The notes under the pieces were generated by a model that saw only the letters and a program-made list of their open reading frames with translations, was not told where the DNA came from and made no database searches. A stretch of 64,000 bases of DNA, from assembly GCA_964036045.1 (NCBI GenBank), contig OZ038378.1:195858001-195922000 (forward strand). The letters are read 5' to 3'. The DNA is from Eutreptiella sp. 'Long Island Sound 2002'. Taxonomy: Eukaryota; Protista; Euglenida. Numbering within the stretch: position 1 is the stretch's first letter; each line of letters begins with the position of its first letter. Positions 47,770 to 61,539 of this stretch are shown piece by piece. A program made the translations under genes and the position numbers.

Positions 47770-50700
47770 ATGCAGAGGATTGTAGATGGTTGTGCAGACT
47801 ACCCGGCCGTAGCCTGGCCCCCGGGCGCCCCAATGTGGTTTTGTTTGTCCGGGGGCTTAAGACGCAGTCCTTGGGGGGCGTGGATCTGAGGTTAGGCCTG
47901 GGTAGCCCACGATCACCTTTATATCCGCAGTGATCCCTGACGCTATGGGGGCCTGGGCAGGGATACGCTTGTAGGCCAACAGACCTAAAGGGGGGTTTCA
48001 TGAGGGGCTGCAAAGGCGGTAGACGGCGGTTGGAAAAGCGGTTGAGAGGCAATGTCTGGCGGGTACAACCCCATTCGAGGGCCGTGCAGGGCGGACAGAA
48101 GCGGTTGGCGCGGCTGCCCATCACCCCAGAGAGGGCAAGCACAAGGCTGGAGGGCGCGCCGGGGGGGGAGGGGTGTCGCAAACGGCTGTTTGGATCCGAT
48201 TTTTCCAAAACTTTGCATCAAGCTCTGCTTTGGGTGGATTGGTAGGTGGTCTATGTTGTATCCGGAGGATTGAGGAAGCCTGGCGACGCGCTGCCCTTTC
48301 TCCTCCCGGGAACCTCCGCAACCTCCGCCGCCATTGTTTGGATGTGCCACGGTGGAGTGTCACAGGGGCTGCTTGACACAGGGCAGAATAAGAGGATGGT
48401 GCAAGCCCCGCCAGGGCTTTGCAGGGCTTCACTAGACATCAGGGCCAGAAACCTGTGCCCATCTTCACCCCATGGTCCACCCTGGCATGACCGGCACCTG
48501 CTCTACCACTGCCCCCCACTCCGCATCCCTCTGAAACATCTCCAACACTGCGCCCCCGAACACCGCTGAAGGTGAGGCACGTGTGGCCAGTTTCGTGGTA
48601 CGCCACCACGAAAAACCATTGCCTTCGGGCGCCTCCGGCGTGAATGGTCACGCCAGACCCAGGGCTGTCCTTAAGTGGGTTCGTAACGCCAATAGAAACG
48701 AACGTTCACGGGGACACTCTCTGCTTCATGGTCAAGACCCGGGTCAGACACAATACCACAGGAACAATATTGAACAATGGTTGGCAGTTGGCGGCGGTTG
48801 GCGATTGGCGGTTGGCAGTTGGCGGCGGTTGGCGGTTGGCAGTTGGTGGCAGCTGGCGCTTGGCGGCGGTTGACGGCGGATGCGTTGGGGGCTGTCCTTA
48901 AGGGCTGTCCATAACGGAAAAAAATTGCGGTTCTTAAGGACAGCCCTTTGGTCGGGCCTAGCCCGACTAACTTGGGGCGTGGCCGAAGGACAAGGGGGTC
49001 ACATCTGCCAACCCGTTGCCACCCTCCTCATGCCGCTGTTGGTGCCTTGTCTTCACACCCTGCCTCAGCCACATGTCCCCTCAGCAGTCAGGCAGAAGGA
49101 GCAGCTGCAACCTTCGGCCTTGAACCGCTCGGCATACGCATCCCATGAGTCCGCGGCTGCAAGAGGCGCTCCACTCTCCACCTCCGCGTGGACTGGCGGC
49201 AGTGCACATGGTGGATCGTCCTGTGTGAACACACGGAGGAGGACATGCCATGCAATGCAGGCCATTGCACCAGTTGGCAGACTGAGGCGGGGTCAATGGT
49301 GTACCGGACCCATCACCCGGGGGTACTGAGGGTACGGAGGGCAAACGGGGTAGCTGCACTGGCGGGGTAGGGAAGCCGTCTTCCAAGGGGCCATGGCTGG
49401 CCCCAGGCGGGGCTACAGGCCGCAACACACCTCCTTCTGCATTGTACCAATCGGCTCAAAATCGCAAACTTCCAAAAGATGTCCGACCGCCGAACGAAAA
49501 AAGGGGGAGAGCCCCCAGCCCTCCCCCACCCCACCCAAAAAGATACCACAGCTCGCAGGAGGCGGCTGCCTTGTTGTGCAGCTCCCTGTCGCAGCCCCGG
49601 AGCGCAACTTCCAGCAGCAAATCCCGCGTGCACGGCTCCCTCTTGCTGCCTGCATATGCAGCTCCTTGCCGCAGCCCACATGCGCGCCCCCCAGCTACCT
49701 GCATGTGCAGCTCTCTCCTGCTGCCCACAGACGCTGGTTCCGACTGCTGTCCACGTGCATAGAGCCCTCCTGCTGCCCGCATGCAGAGGCCCCTTCTACC
49801 GCCCACATGTGCGGCTCCTTGCCGCTGCCCACATGCTGGGGTCCCTGCTGCTGCCCACATACACAGCGTGCAGCCGCTACCCGTGCAGCCCCGTGCATCT
49901 TCAGCCTACGTGCACAGCACCAAGCTGCAGCCTGCATGTGCAGTGCCCTGCGGCTGCCCATGCGCGCCGCTCCCTGCAGCCGCTCACGTGCGCAGCTCTC
50001 AGCTGGGACCTGCTGCCCACGGGTGGCAGCACCCAGCTGCGAGGGCGGCGCCTCAGCTGCCGCCTGAAAGCGCGGCTCTCTACAGCTTCCTACAAGCAAG
50101 GCTCCCTGCTACTGCTCTGTTGCGCGGCTCCCTACTACTGCCCACTTATGCAGGTCCTTACTGCTGCGCACGTACACAGCCCCCAGCTGCTGCCCGCGTG
50201 CGCTGACCCCTCTAGCTACCCATGTGTGCAGCTCCCTACAGCTGCCCATGTGCGCTGCTCCCATGCAGCCCCCTGCAGCTGCCAGCTGCCTGTGTGTGCA
50301 GCACCCGGCTGCCGCTCGAGTGCGCAGCTCCAGCTCCAGCCCGCGAGTGCAATGTATGTTCCCGGCGCCCAACAGCAGCTCACGTGCACAGCTCTGTGCT
50401 GCTGCCTGTGTACGCAGCTCCCTCATGCCACCTGCAAGCGCAGCTCGGCTATGGACCGCATGTGCAGCTCCCTGCCGCTGCCCACATGCGGTGGCTCTCC
50501 TATCCCCTGCGCTGATATGCACAGGGTCGGAGCACCCATCCCTCAGCCTTGTGCTGGCGTTCATGGGGGCAGAGACCCATCCCTCCATCCTGTGCTGATG
50601 TGCACAGGGGCGGGGACTACAATCCTCTACCCTTAGCTAAAGGGAGTGGGGATGGCAACTACTGTGCTTTGCTGTGCTGACGTGCACTGGGGGCAGATAC

Positions 50701-53700
50701 CCAAGCGCCCTGCCCTATGCCGGCATGCACACGGCGGGAGGCACTAGCCCCTGCTTAGTGTTGATGTGTGCAGTGATGGAGGCACCATACCTCTACCCTC
50801 TACAGGCGTTCATAGGGTTGGAGACTCCGTACCTTTGCCATGTGCTGCAATGCACAGGGGCGGAGACTCCACACCTTAGCCATGAGCTGACGTGCACAGA
50901 GGTGGAGACTCCATCCCTCTACCTTATGTTGACCTGCATGGAGGCGGGCACTCCATCCCTGTGCCCTGTTGTAGGGCATATGTGCGCAGGGTTGGGGTGC
51001 ATATGCAGGGGTAGGGAACTCATCCCAATGCCCTTGTGACAGCGGAGGCGTGCCCTTCCCTCCACGCTATGCTGGCAGGGGCAGTGCAAAGGGCCGTGGT
51101 TGTGTCGGGGGGAGTGCAAGAGCTGTGGCGGGGGCTGTGGCATGGGCTGTGGTAGGGGGAGTGGTCGAGGTGGCAGGGGCTGGGCAGGGATTGTGCACGG
51201 GCTGTGGCAGGCTGTGCAGTGGGCTGTGGCAGGAGTGGGGTCAGGGTCCAGGTGGCCCAGCGCCCCCGGAGAGCGGGCGTGAGAGTCGGGACAGCAACCA
51301 GGAGCCAGGAGCACTGCGCAGGGCAGCAGGGGCGTGGCCCTGCACCGCCCATTACCCCATGGACACTTGAGGGTGCACATGGAGATGGACCGTCGAGGAC
51401 CAAGGGAGAGCATCTCGCATGGCATGGCCGGCCGATATGCAGAGTCGTTGGGGACGCCATCGTGCTCCACCCTAGGTGTCCTATACATCTCAAGATCGGC
51501 CACCAAATCCAAATCCAAATCCAAAAAATGCGTTTTCAGCTGGGGGGGGGGGGGACTGGGCTATCTAAACAATATATAAACAAATCTCTATAACAAACAG
51601 TCAAGCTGGGATCCTGTACTGAAACCACCGTTCACAGGAGCAAACGACAGTCACGCCTCTTGTTTGGAAACTTGTGTCACCTTGGTCTTGAACCCTTTTG
51701 CACCTCTCAGCCTTTGCACAACTAGAGGCCACGCTTCCATAGTTGTTGCACTGCTACCCCATCTGGTTCCAACTTCGCCGCAACATCCAAGGAGGGTTGC
51801 AGCCGTAGTGCGTCCACCACGAACACTTCGTCGTGCAACTTGTCGATGGAACGAGATAGGTGTGGCGGTTGGCATACTCAAGGGGTCATTCCTTGCGCTC
51901 AGAATAGCCTTGGGGCCGCTTCAACATCATCCCTGCCGATGCCATCCCCTCGGCTAGTTGATTGGCAACTGGAGGTGCTTTGCAAAGGCTGAGAGGCACC
52001 GCATCACATGCAAAAGAATTCAAAACCAACAGTGACACAGGTTCAAAGATGTAGCCCCACAAAATTGGTCCTCCCAGGGATGGTTTGCCATTTCTACCCT
52101 ATTTTCTTAAGCCTTTGGGCTACATTACGCCGAGGGTCCCAAAAGGGGTGGGGGAATATGGCGTGTCTCATGTGTGCGGATCTGCAGAGGCTTGATCAAA
52201 CACCCTCTGCGGAGGTGATGCCACGAAATGTGTGATCTCGGGGTGGAAAAAATGGGGGTTTATTCATTCAGGACACCCCTGAGGAGCCTGTAACAGAACC
52301 CCCCCCCCCCCTGACCCCTTTCCCCAGCCCCCCTCTCCCTCCCCCTCCTCCTACTGGCCATACCTGAGCATGAGCATGAGCATAAGCCCTGTAGGCCTGA
52401 TTTCGAAGGTGCTGGTCAATAACAAAAACTTGCACCACTTCCCACCCCCACGCCCACCAAGCCCCACCCCCAAAAAAAGAGCACGTTTGGACCCAGGCAG
52501 CCCCAAAATGCCCTGACTGCTTTCACACTACCGGGTTGATCTAATAACATCGCTAGCAACCTGATTTGGCAGGTCAGCAAGGTGGAGATTCTCCGTGTCC
52601 TGCTCTGACCTGGTGGGGCCTCCATCTCTGAGCCCAAGTGAGCCCCCAATCTTAGTGCAAGTCTCTGATTCAATGAGGTCTGTCACGCAGCAAAAGCCCA
52701 GAAACGTGATAGGGCAAGTGACAGCACGGGGTAGGGGATCATGGGGCACAAAAAAAGGCAGGGCGGTGTGGTGACCTCTGTGCAATCTCTCAGTATACCG
52801 CTCCCCATCGTCGAGGTGGACTCCACAAAACTGCACAAGAGCAGCAGAGGAGGACGTCAGCGGAGCAAAAAAGGACGTAAAGCGGGAATTTGAGGCAACT
52901 GCAGTTTCAGAGAAGCACAACTCCATTCAGAAGTCAATATCAGAAGGGGCAAGCACCAAAGGCCCAGGGGCAACACCTGCACCCCCTCCGGGGTGGAGGT
53001 GGGTTGCATTGTTGGGCCCCCTCAAAGACCACACCCAGAGGGTCGGAGGGGAGGGGGGGGGCACGTGCCCTCGTGCCCTGTGGGTTCTGGAACACCTGCG
53101 GGTCACTCTCCTCCCCTTCAAGAAGAGGTGTTCTCCGCCATTGCCATCGCCATGTTTTACCCCTTCCCCAGTGCCTATCATCCGCGGCCGCGTAGTTCAG
53201 CAGTCATCCCTCTGAGGCCTTCAGAGGTGCAGGGGTCGGAACGAATGCATGATGTTCAGGGGGCATAGTGTTGCGGGGGCATAAGGATTTCATCGGATAG
53301 CGTTGAGGAGACATGCTGTCCAGGTTTGCCCACATCCCCCCTTCCCTGTTGTTTCCAAAGGGTCACCAGGCCAAAGAGGATGGAGAGGGGGGATGTGCAG
53401 GGTCTAGGCAAGCGGCCATGGCATACGTGGGTCTCTGGATTGGGGGCTTGCATGGACTCCAACTTACGGAGGCAGTACCAAGGGAAAAGGCGACAGTTTC
53501 AGCGGTGGCATGCGATACACGATAGACGTCGTGTGGCACGGAAAACGTGGCAACATGGCGTGCGGGCATGTCCGCTTCTGAAGCCGGGGTGGCAGCAACA
53601 AGAGGTCTGGTCTCTCTGTGTCCAGGCGGCGAAGGATGGAGCACTGGGCTCTCTCATTTTTACAGATGGGTACCCGCCCCCCCAACGGGGAGGGCCAGCC

Positions 53701-54480
53701 AGATGTGAGCGACAGGGGGCCCCATCCAACGTACTCCAACCTGACGACCCCCACTGGTCCCCTTCCCTCACATGGTGCGCCCCTTTGTGTCTCCCGGTTC
53801 AGGCACGTGTTGTGGTGTTGTAATGCGGTGTGTGCCTGCGTTCCTTGGCGCAGGCTGCAGCGCCCAGTTCGGTCCGTGTGACGGTGGCATCGAAGCAGGG
53901 GATGCGCTGTCACACGCCGATCCGGTTGGAGGAGGTGGTGTGGGGCCTGCCCGTCGACCCCCGTTGGGCACCACTGCTTTTGTGTCGCCATCAGTGCCAC
54001 GCTCCAAGGGGCTGTCGCCCGTTCCTGGGCTGGAGCCATGTTCTTGCTGGCATCTGGGCTCGGCATGAAATCCGATCCCAGTTCTTGCCACAGGGAGCAC
54101 AGAGGGATGCCAGGTATCAATCTGCTGGAAATAAACCTGGACCATCTCTGACGGGCTGTCCCACTGGAGTGGAGGCCCGGGGGGGGGGGGGGGCAAACAC
54201 ACATAAACCCTCGCATACAATCCACACGCATGCAAATGCAGAAAACACAACCACCCTGCAGTACGTGCCCAGTGTGACATACCTTTCTTTGAGGTCAGGA
54301 ATGGGGATAGAGAACTCCCGAACTTGTTCTTCAGGCGCTGAAGAGAAGCAGAAAGCCATGGAAAGTTGGATTAGCTCTGGCAAAGCTAATACAAGCGACA
54401 AGCGTCAATGTGGCGTCCGTGACACCAAGATTCTCAGGGTACAAGAGGTGCAAGACAGATCAGGGTCCGAGATCAGGACG
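47770..54480. repeat. Unit 2 of ~6.9-kb diverged tandem duplication
   Basis: Starts GATGCAGAGGATTGTA as unit 1 does, and ends with the same ..AAGATTCTCAGGGTACAAGAGGTG..CAGATCAG block. Has indels and an internal inversion. Confidence 0.8.
48661..48947. mobile_element. MITE with 15-bp TIR AGGGCTGTCCTTAAG, copy 2
   Basis: Same TIRs and body as 42030-42292, with a longer GGCGGTT array. Confidence 0.7.
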
Positions 54481-55329
54481 ACCAAGAGCTGGGCCCACCA
54501 AATGATGCCCAGCCATCCATGGTAAATATCGATGCCAGGGCACCATGGAATCGTCGGTTTACGAGGTAAGTGTTCTTTGCTTCCCAGAACGCACAATGTG
54601 TGCACGGCAAGTGCACGACAGCAGCTCCTCCCGGGAACCTTCAGAGGGCTAGTTGCCCCACAGGGGCAGCATCTCGTTGTGCATTCTTGCATCTAGAGTG
54701 TGTGGCATGGCGCATGCACCCCACCCCCCCTCTAAGAACACGCATGCGCTCTGCTTTTTTTGCATATGTCCCTTTATATTCTAAAACCCCTTAATAGTAC
54801 CAGCCCCTTGTATTTTCAGTGGCTCAATCCAGTGTTCATCATCCATCTTATTGGTAAGCTGACATTGAATCTGCGCGACATAAGGATAAGGCTGTTGGAA
54901 CATTCCTCTGTTGAAAAAACGGCTAGCACCATTTCTCCATCTTGGAGGGACAGGTACAAAAAAGAACAAAGATAAACTCTTTCTTTGCCCTTCAACGCCA
55001 GAATGCATTGTTGTGCCCGACTTCATGGACCGGGCGCCTCAGATGCATGCGGAGGAAGAAAGTAAACAGGGAACAATTGAGTCCAAGTGCAGATCTTGTT
55101 GAGGTTCCTACAGTGGACGTGCCTTACTATGCACCTCTCGATGATGTCCATGCGGATGACCCAGCCCCTGAAAGAAAAGCTTCCCGCTACAAGGACCATG
55201 CGGCTGTGCGACAGAAGAAAAGGGCCCCACAATTCTGTGCTAAATGTTTGGAAGTACATCTACCCACTGCGCGTTTTCTGTGGAGCTGTGGGTGTAGTTC
55301 AAGAAGGGCGCACACTTTAAGAAGCTTGC

Positions 55330-55400
55330 TACTCAGTCTCACAAATCCCAGGATCAAAGCGCACGTAGGGCTCGCAGGCAACGAAGTTGCCGACGATGGG
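55330..55400 (+). pseudogene. RNase H fragment of a non-LTR retrotransposon remnant
   Basis: RIKAHVGLAGNEVAD matches the RNase H xKAHxGxxGNExAD motif. A possible IFTDG fragment lies near 53655. Confidence 0.6.
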
Positions 55401-57351
55401 CGGCATTTTTCCTACCGCCACCCTCAATGCCGGCACCTCCAAAAGGCTGCATCTCATGAGGCCCCTTCATGCAGGGGATGTCATGCGAGGAAAGGTGTTC
55501 GTGTGCAACCGTTCCTGTGCTACCAGCAGCAACGGGAGGGCAGTGCAGCAAGTTTAGGGCCTTGCTCTTTCCCCGTGAAGCGGATCGGTGGTGTGACCAA
55601 AAAGTTCCACATGATGAGGTCGATCATGAGCTTTGGAGGTCTTGTTTGCCGCTATCGCACTCTTTATCAGTTTCTTTCCCACGGCTGAAGAAAACAGCAG
55701 CAGACCCTGGGGCTGGAAAAACGCCACCACTTTGCCAAGCAAAAATAATGGGCAGGAAAAATTCGGCACATCCGCAAGTCTAAGTCCCACTCCAGGTATG
55801 GACATGGACTCCCCTGACCCCAACTGACTGTTGGCCCGCTCGGGGGGGGGCCGCTCGGGGGGGGGGGGGGGGGTTCGGGTCAGGGTTGGGGTTAAGAGTA
55901 GTGTTGGGGTGCCAAATGGACGAAAATTTCCTTCGGGTGCTTTGTTGCCCGTGGACCGTCGGGCGCCTTCGGCGCCCATGGACTCCAGACGCCCTCTGGG
56001 GGGGAGGGGGGGGTCTACGTCCGAGGACCAGCGAAGTCTCCAACCCCCCCCCGGTGGTGGCATCCCAATATCCGGAGTGGAAAAGTGGTGGAAAAGTAAG
56101 GGATCCGTGGGTCCCCAAAAAACCAGGTACATAGGAGCCTTGCAAATCGAATGCGAGCTTTCATCCTCTGCGTTCCTTGTGTCCACAAAGAGGTTTGGAT
56201 GAGGTGGGGGGGGGGGGGGTCTGTTCGCCAACAATTGACCCCGAGCCTGTGGGCGCTGATGCGAGGGTTTACCATGAAATGAGAGCCGAAGCCCGTCCAT
56301 CGAAACAAGCGAAGACCATCAAGAGGCCCCCTCTCCAACTCTAACCACCTCCCTCCTCCCAACCAGCCGTTTCTGCAGTGGCCTGCTCGACGCATGCCCC
56401 CCGAGGGTTTGAGGTGCCCCATGCGTGCAGCCTGCCCCTCGTGCGGTCGGGGGGCATGCCTTGGATGTTGTCGGCCATCTGGTGGAGACTGTCCACCTTT
56501 TCACGGAGAAGGTCCAACCGTTTCAAGGCCTGCGATTGAGTGCGGCATGAATTGAATGGGGAGGGGGGGATGCGTAGGGACAAAGGACGCAAAGTTTGTG
56601 AGCAGTGCCACCCGGCGTTTCTGAGGTTCGGTTGTATGTGCAGCGCCACACTGCACCGCCGGGGCCCCGGTCTGCGGAGTGTGTGCAGCCCCAGGCCTTC
56701 GTTGCAGTGACAGCCGCCAGATCCCGATGGGGTGAGGAATGGAGTGATGTGGGAGCGGGGGCTGGGGCTGGCAAGGAGTAGAATGGGGGGGGGAGGGGGG
56801 GGTCTGGGACCCAAAAGGTCGTGTACCAAATATGGCCCGACAAGATTTTCTGTTGTAAATTTCTTTTTTTCCCATGATGGTCACTTTGGTCTGGATGGGG
56901 GGGGTAAGGGGATCCACTCCCCCCCCCTCCTCCTCCTACGGTGTACGGCCATTCTAATGCTTCCCTGGGGGCCAAGGCAGCGAGGGAGCGAGGCAGCGAC
57001 AGAGACAAAACGGGGGAGGGCATGGGAGCTAGGGAGCAAGAAAGGGCTCCCGAAAAAATTTATTTGGGGGGGTGGGTGGCCCTTGGAGCCCCTTTTCCAA
57101 GATATCTGTATTGAGGATCTAAGCTTGTGGCCCATGGAGCCCCTTTTCACAACCCCTCCCCCCTGAATTTTGGGGGGGCTCCAAAGGCCCTGCCTGCCCC
57201 CGAGTAAAATTTTCACCAGCCAAGTGGCAGAAGGAAGCCGAGCTCCTGGCTGACTTGTGTGCATGCCCAGGGACCAGCTGTTGAGCGAGCCGAGGGGGGA
57301 AGGGGGTGCTGGGTGAAGGTGGAGAGGGGTGAGGGCCCACGCAGCCACGTA

Positions 57352-57703
57352 CCCCCCCTCCCCTTGTATAAGCTATGCAAAAGTCCCAAATTAACACGGT
57401 CCATACGCCTACTGTAGCTTGGACAAGGCCGTAGATGCCCTGGTTCAAAAAGAGATGATTGCATGGTGAGCTGGTGCAAGAAAGGGGGATACAATGCACC
57501 AATATCCCCAAAATCAGAGCTATGTAGGTTCAAGTGGGCAAACACTCACAACAAATGTGTCCATGGCTCTATGTAGCTGGCAAATTTGTTACCAAAACCC
57601 ATGTCTTATGTGGCTGCACTACATTTGGTACCCAATCAAATTAGGTCCCATATTAATACCGTCCCTACACCCACAAGGCCGTATACAAAGAGGGGGGGGG
57701 GGG
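57352..57703. mobile_element. ~350-bp MITE, copy 2 (inverted relative to 1570-1935)
   Basis: TA|CCCCCCCTCCCCTTGTATA ... TATACAAAGAGGGGGGGGGGGG|TA, giving a TA TSD. Confidence 0.75.
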
Positions 57704-58949
57704 TAGGTTATTGGCAGCACAGCTCTGGGACGTACAAGGTCAGATGGCGAGGAGGGGGGGGGGTCCTCGAAGCGGGTGGCAAAAAAACTGAATAAGTTTG
57801 CCGGCTGGTACCTCCGGGTGTAGACGCTGATTTGAGTTGTGATAAACTGTTTACATTGCTTGCCCAGGCCACTGGGGAAAAGTGTTTTTGGTAAGGGAGA
57901 GTGGGACAGTTGTACCAGTATCACAGGTGCTGCTTCTGCCCCTTGGCATCCAGTGCAATGCTTCACACAAAGGCATTCCCAAGACGGTGAACTTCAGAGT
58001 GTGCTCATCGCCACTGATGGGGGAAATGGAACACAGGGCCGGGGGTAACCACAACCCCAAGTGTTACCCATCAGGGTTCGTCAGACCTGGGGTGGGGGGG
58101 ATACATATCTCAAAACGATGGCCAAGCCATGGGAGATACTTGTGTAAACACTGGCACGATCGGTGTCACCCACCATGTGCCGTCTTACAGCCCCCTCAGG
58201 TAAGCACAGTGATCGAGGAATTGTCCTGAACGAGCCAAGCGAGCGCGGAAGCCGTGGCTATGGTGGATACATCGGAGGATATGCAAGCATAGATGTGGAC
58301 CACACATGCATACAGGGGTTATAAGTGTGCATATGCTCCATGTTGCAGCCCGCAGCCTGCAGCGTAGAAACCCTGAACCCACCATCTTGTTGGTATTGCG
58401 CAGCCTGCCTCGCCTACCAATGGGTGCATACGTGGGAGTTGCACATACAAGGGCCATCTGTCACCTAGTGAGGTCTTCCATGCCACCCCATAACCACCTC
58501 AAGCAAGCTCAGCAAGCTCTGAGCAAGCAAAGCAAGGGAGGAACCCTCCAAGGCAGGGGGCCACTGCACAGCCTGCCCCATCCCCAGCGTCTCAGATTGG
58601 CCCAACTCCTCTTTTAATATGTTTGGCATATCCAAAATTGGGAATGGGGGGGGGGGCAGACTATCCCATTTCAGTCACGGTGTGGCTCTGTGGGCTTCGC
58701 ACTTCATCCTTGCTCCTTTCTCCTCACAACCTGCCGTATGCCCACACACAACCCAAGCAACACAAGGAGCACATAAGGGCACCGCCAGGCCCATGTAGTA
58801 TTCGCTAAGTGTAGAATGCTCAATGCATCATTCAGCTGCGGTCAGGTACAGACCTTAAAATGGACAAGGAGCATTAGAAAAAATGCCGGCGATAGCAATG
58901 GTATCAGGCCAAAGGCAAAAGAGGAACAATTATTGGAGGGGAGGCCTAC

Positions 58950-59336
58950 CTCCTCAGCACTAAGCCCATTGCTTGGCTTGCCGGCTTCTTCCACGTTGGA
59001 TACTTCTTCGACAGACGTGTCTTCATGCTCCTCAGTACTAAGCCCATTGCCTGGCTCACATGCTTCTCCTCCATGTTCCTCCATGTAGGATACTCCATCA
59101 ACACACGCGTCCTCATCAACCTCTTCGAACTCTGGCAATCCATTTTTGTCAGCAGCCGTCTCCGATCCATAAAAATGCACTTCTGACCCATCTGGCAGTA
59201 ACCCTTCGTCAGAAGGAACCTCCTGTACGTCGGCGCTTAGCTGATCATCAATAAACGCATCCTGCATGTCTGGTGTCGATGTGTCATCTACGGGCACCTC
59301 TTGCATATCCAGGAATATCCCCTCATCAACAGATAT
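58950..59336 (-). CDS. Internal exon of host gene, highly acidic (ISVDEGIFLDMQEVPVDD..GLSAEE), phase 0-0
   Basis: CCTTTCCAG| acceptor at 59337 and |GTAGGC donor at 58949. 387 nt = 129 codons, stop-free, D/E-rich. Confidence 0.65.
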
Positions 59337-60788
59337 CTGGAAAGGTTTGGAGGGAAATTGAGAAAGAAGATGGCAAAGGCAGTACGCAAGAGCGTGAGGA
59401 ATGGAGTGGTGTGGGGGTGGGGGCTGCGGCAGGCAAGGAGAAGGGGGCAAGGCAGCGAGGGAGTGAGGCAGCGACAGAGATCAAATGGGGGAGGGCACAG
59501 GAGCTAGGGAGCAAGAAAGTGACAGAGGGCATGCCGAGCTGTGAACCGCAGTGTGGGCAGCAGCCCAGCTCCTGGCTGACTCGCATACATGCTCAGGACA
59601 CGCTCAGGGCACACACAAAGCACAGGATATGCACAGGGCACGCAAAGGCTGTGCAGCAGAGTACCCAACCCACCCTCCAACTCTGCGTCTGGGGCCTACC
59701 AGCAAATGGGGAATGAGTGTACTTGTTAGACGTGCTGCTGCTGTTTGTGCAATCAAGAGTTTTGATTGAGTGCATCGAAGGCAAACATCACCAGAGTTTG
59801 GCCGACCTCTGTGCTCCTGAGTACTCTGTGTTCTATCGGGTAACTTACGGGGTTGTTGCGCAGGGTAAACTGCTCCCCTGAGAAGCTTGATGGGTGCATG
59901 CCCCAACTCACAAACCCAAACCCAAACTCCTCTCAAACACCAACTTGCAGTTTCGTGCGCCCAAGTGGTATGGGGAGCGAAGCCAGCCATCCCTGGAAAA
60001 GGGATGGTACAGCCATCCTCAGCACCTGGCAGGAAATGGCAGAGTGAGGTTCCCTGTGGGGCATGGTGCACCACCATCGCCATACCGGCGCAGTACGCAG
60101 CAGATGCTGTGTGTTGTCCTTGGGGTTCACTAGTGCAGGGCCCTACGCGCTCTCTCTTGGCGCAAGGAGCGGACAGCAAAAGCCTCCAGAGCAGACTTAT
60201 TCCTGCCTGGTCTTTCTAACACACATGGCATGCACAGGCATGCACCGTGCACATACAGAAAACATATGGGACAGGTTCATGCCAAGGAGGGTGAGCCCTT
60301 TTAGGGTGGATAGCGCTGTTGACCCTAACTGTACACAGCTGCTGTCCAGCCCTGCATACTACCTCCGCTCTTCGGGCTGATTGTGGTGTGGTGCGGTGAG
60401 GTGCGGTGTGGTGTCGTATGGCACAGGCCTTTTCTTAGCCACGGGGAGAAGGGGAGGTGAAATGAAAAAGGGCACCCACCCACTTTTTGGGTTGAGGCAC
60501 AGCCCTTAGCCTACCCCAATTCAGGGGCTCAGCCAATGAGGTAGCCTCTGATTGAGTGTCAGGCAAAATTTGAGGAAGTTTTGCCTTCGGACGCCAAAAA
60601 AAAAGGTATCCAGTCAGCACCCCTGCTCTTGGCCAATCTGCACCACGAAGGGAGGGCGGTGATCATGGCTGAGAGGGGCACCCGCGTCCCACAAAAAAGC
60701 AGGCACCCCCCCCGAGATCGCACATTCCGCTTGCTGGCGTGGACTGGGCTGGGGTGGAGGGCCATGGGAGGGAGGAATGGAGGCGCAC

Positions 60789-61124
60789 CCTTGCATGCAA
60801 GCCTTCCGGCATATCTGGGGATATCCGGTCATCAACCGGCATGCCATCTGTGACGATGCCATTGGCAGCCGCCACAAGCCCAAACCCTTGCAGATTTGCC
60901 TCCTCAGCAAACTCCTGGTAGTCCGCTGGGTCGCAGGCCCCAGGATCCTCTTCCATGCCATGGTGGAAGGACTCTTCAGGGGCTGCAGGGACCCAACCAG
61001 CATAAAGGTCGTCGTCCGTTGTCAGGTCGTCGTCCGTTGTGAGGTCGTCGGGTGGTTGGGAAGGAATGTGTATATACGAGTCGGTGAAATTTGTGTGTTC
61101 GGCTCTGGCAACCTCGCCGGGCTC
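60789..61124 (-). CDS. Internal exon of host gene, acidic (EPGEVARAEHTNF..DDLTTDDDLTTDDD..EGLHAR), phase 0-0
   Basis: TCTTCTCAG| acceptor at 61125 and |GTGCGC donor at 60788. 336 nt = 112 codons. Confidence 0.55.
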
Positions 61125-61314
61125 CTGAGAAGATATGCCAGCATCACAAAGTGCAGTGTAAAGACCAAGCACAGTATCAGGTCCCCTTCATGGCATGGCC
61201 ATATCTGACCTCCTCACCCCTGGTATGTGGCAGGCTGGACCAGGCCCTGACAAACCCCAAGAGGAGGGGGATTTCTGGTCACAATACATTGTGCTGCCGC
61301 CCATCAAATCATAC

Positions 61315-61490
61315 ATCGCACCACACCATACCACACCACCCACACCACACCGACACCAACACCACACCACACTGCGCTGCACCGCGCCGCACGCCACACA
61401 CTACGCACCACACATAACCGCACAGCACCACCACGCCCCACACTGCACACTGCACACCACACTGCACCGCACCCCAGTCACAGCACCTCA
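61315..61490. repeat. Degenerate (CAC/CACCA)n simple repeat
   Basis: Low-complexity C/A tract. It explains the His/Thr-rich ORF. Confidence 0.85.
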
Positions 61491-61539
61491 TGATCATGGC
61501 CTTGGGCACACCGCCACTCCGCCTGTGGATCACTCTCAC

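Noticed and set aside
49479-50636. 385-aa Cys/Ala/Pro-rich ORF
   Set aside because: It derives from a degenerate GCAGCT/CTGC repeat expansion of the block at 42930-43160. All frames are open and no domain is recognisable.
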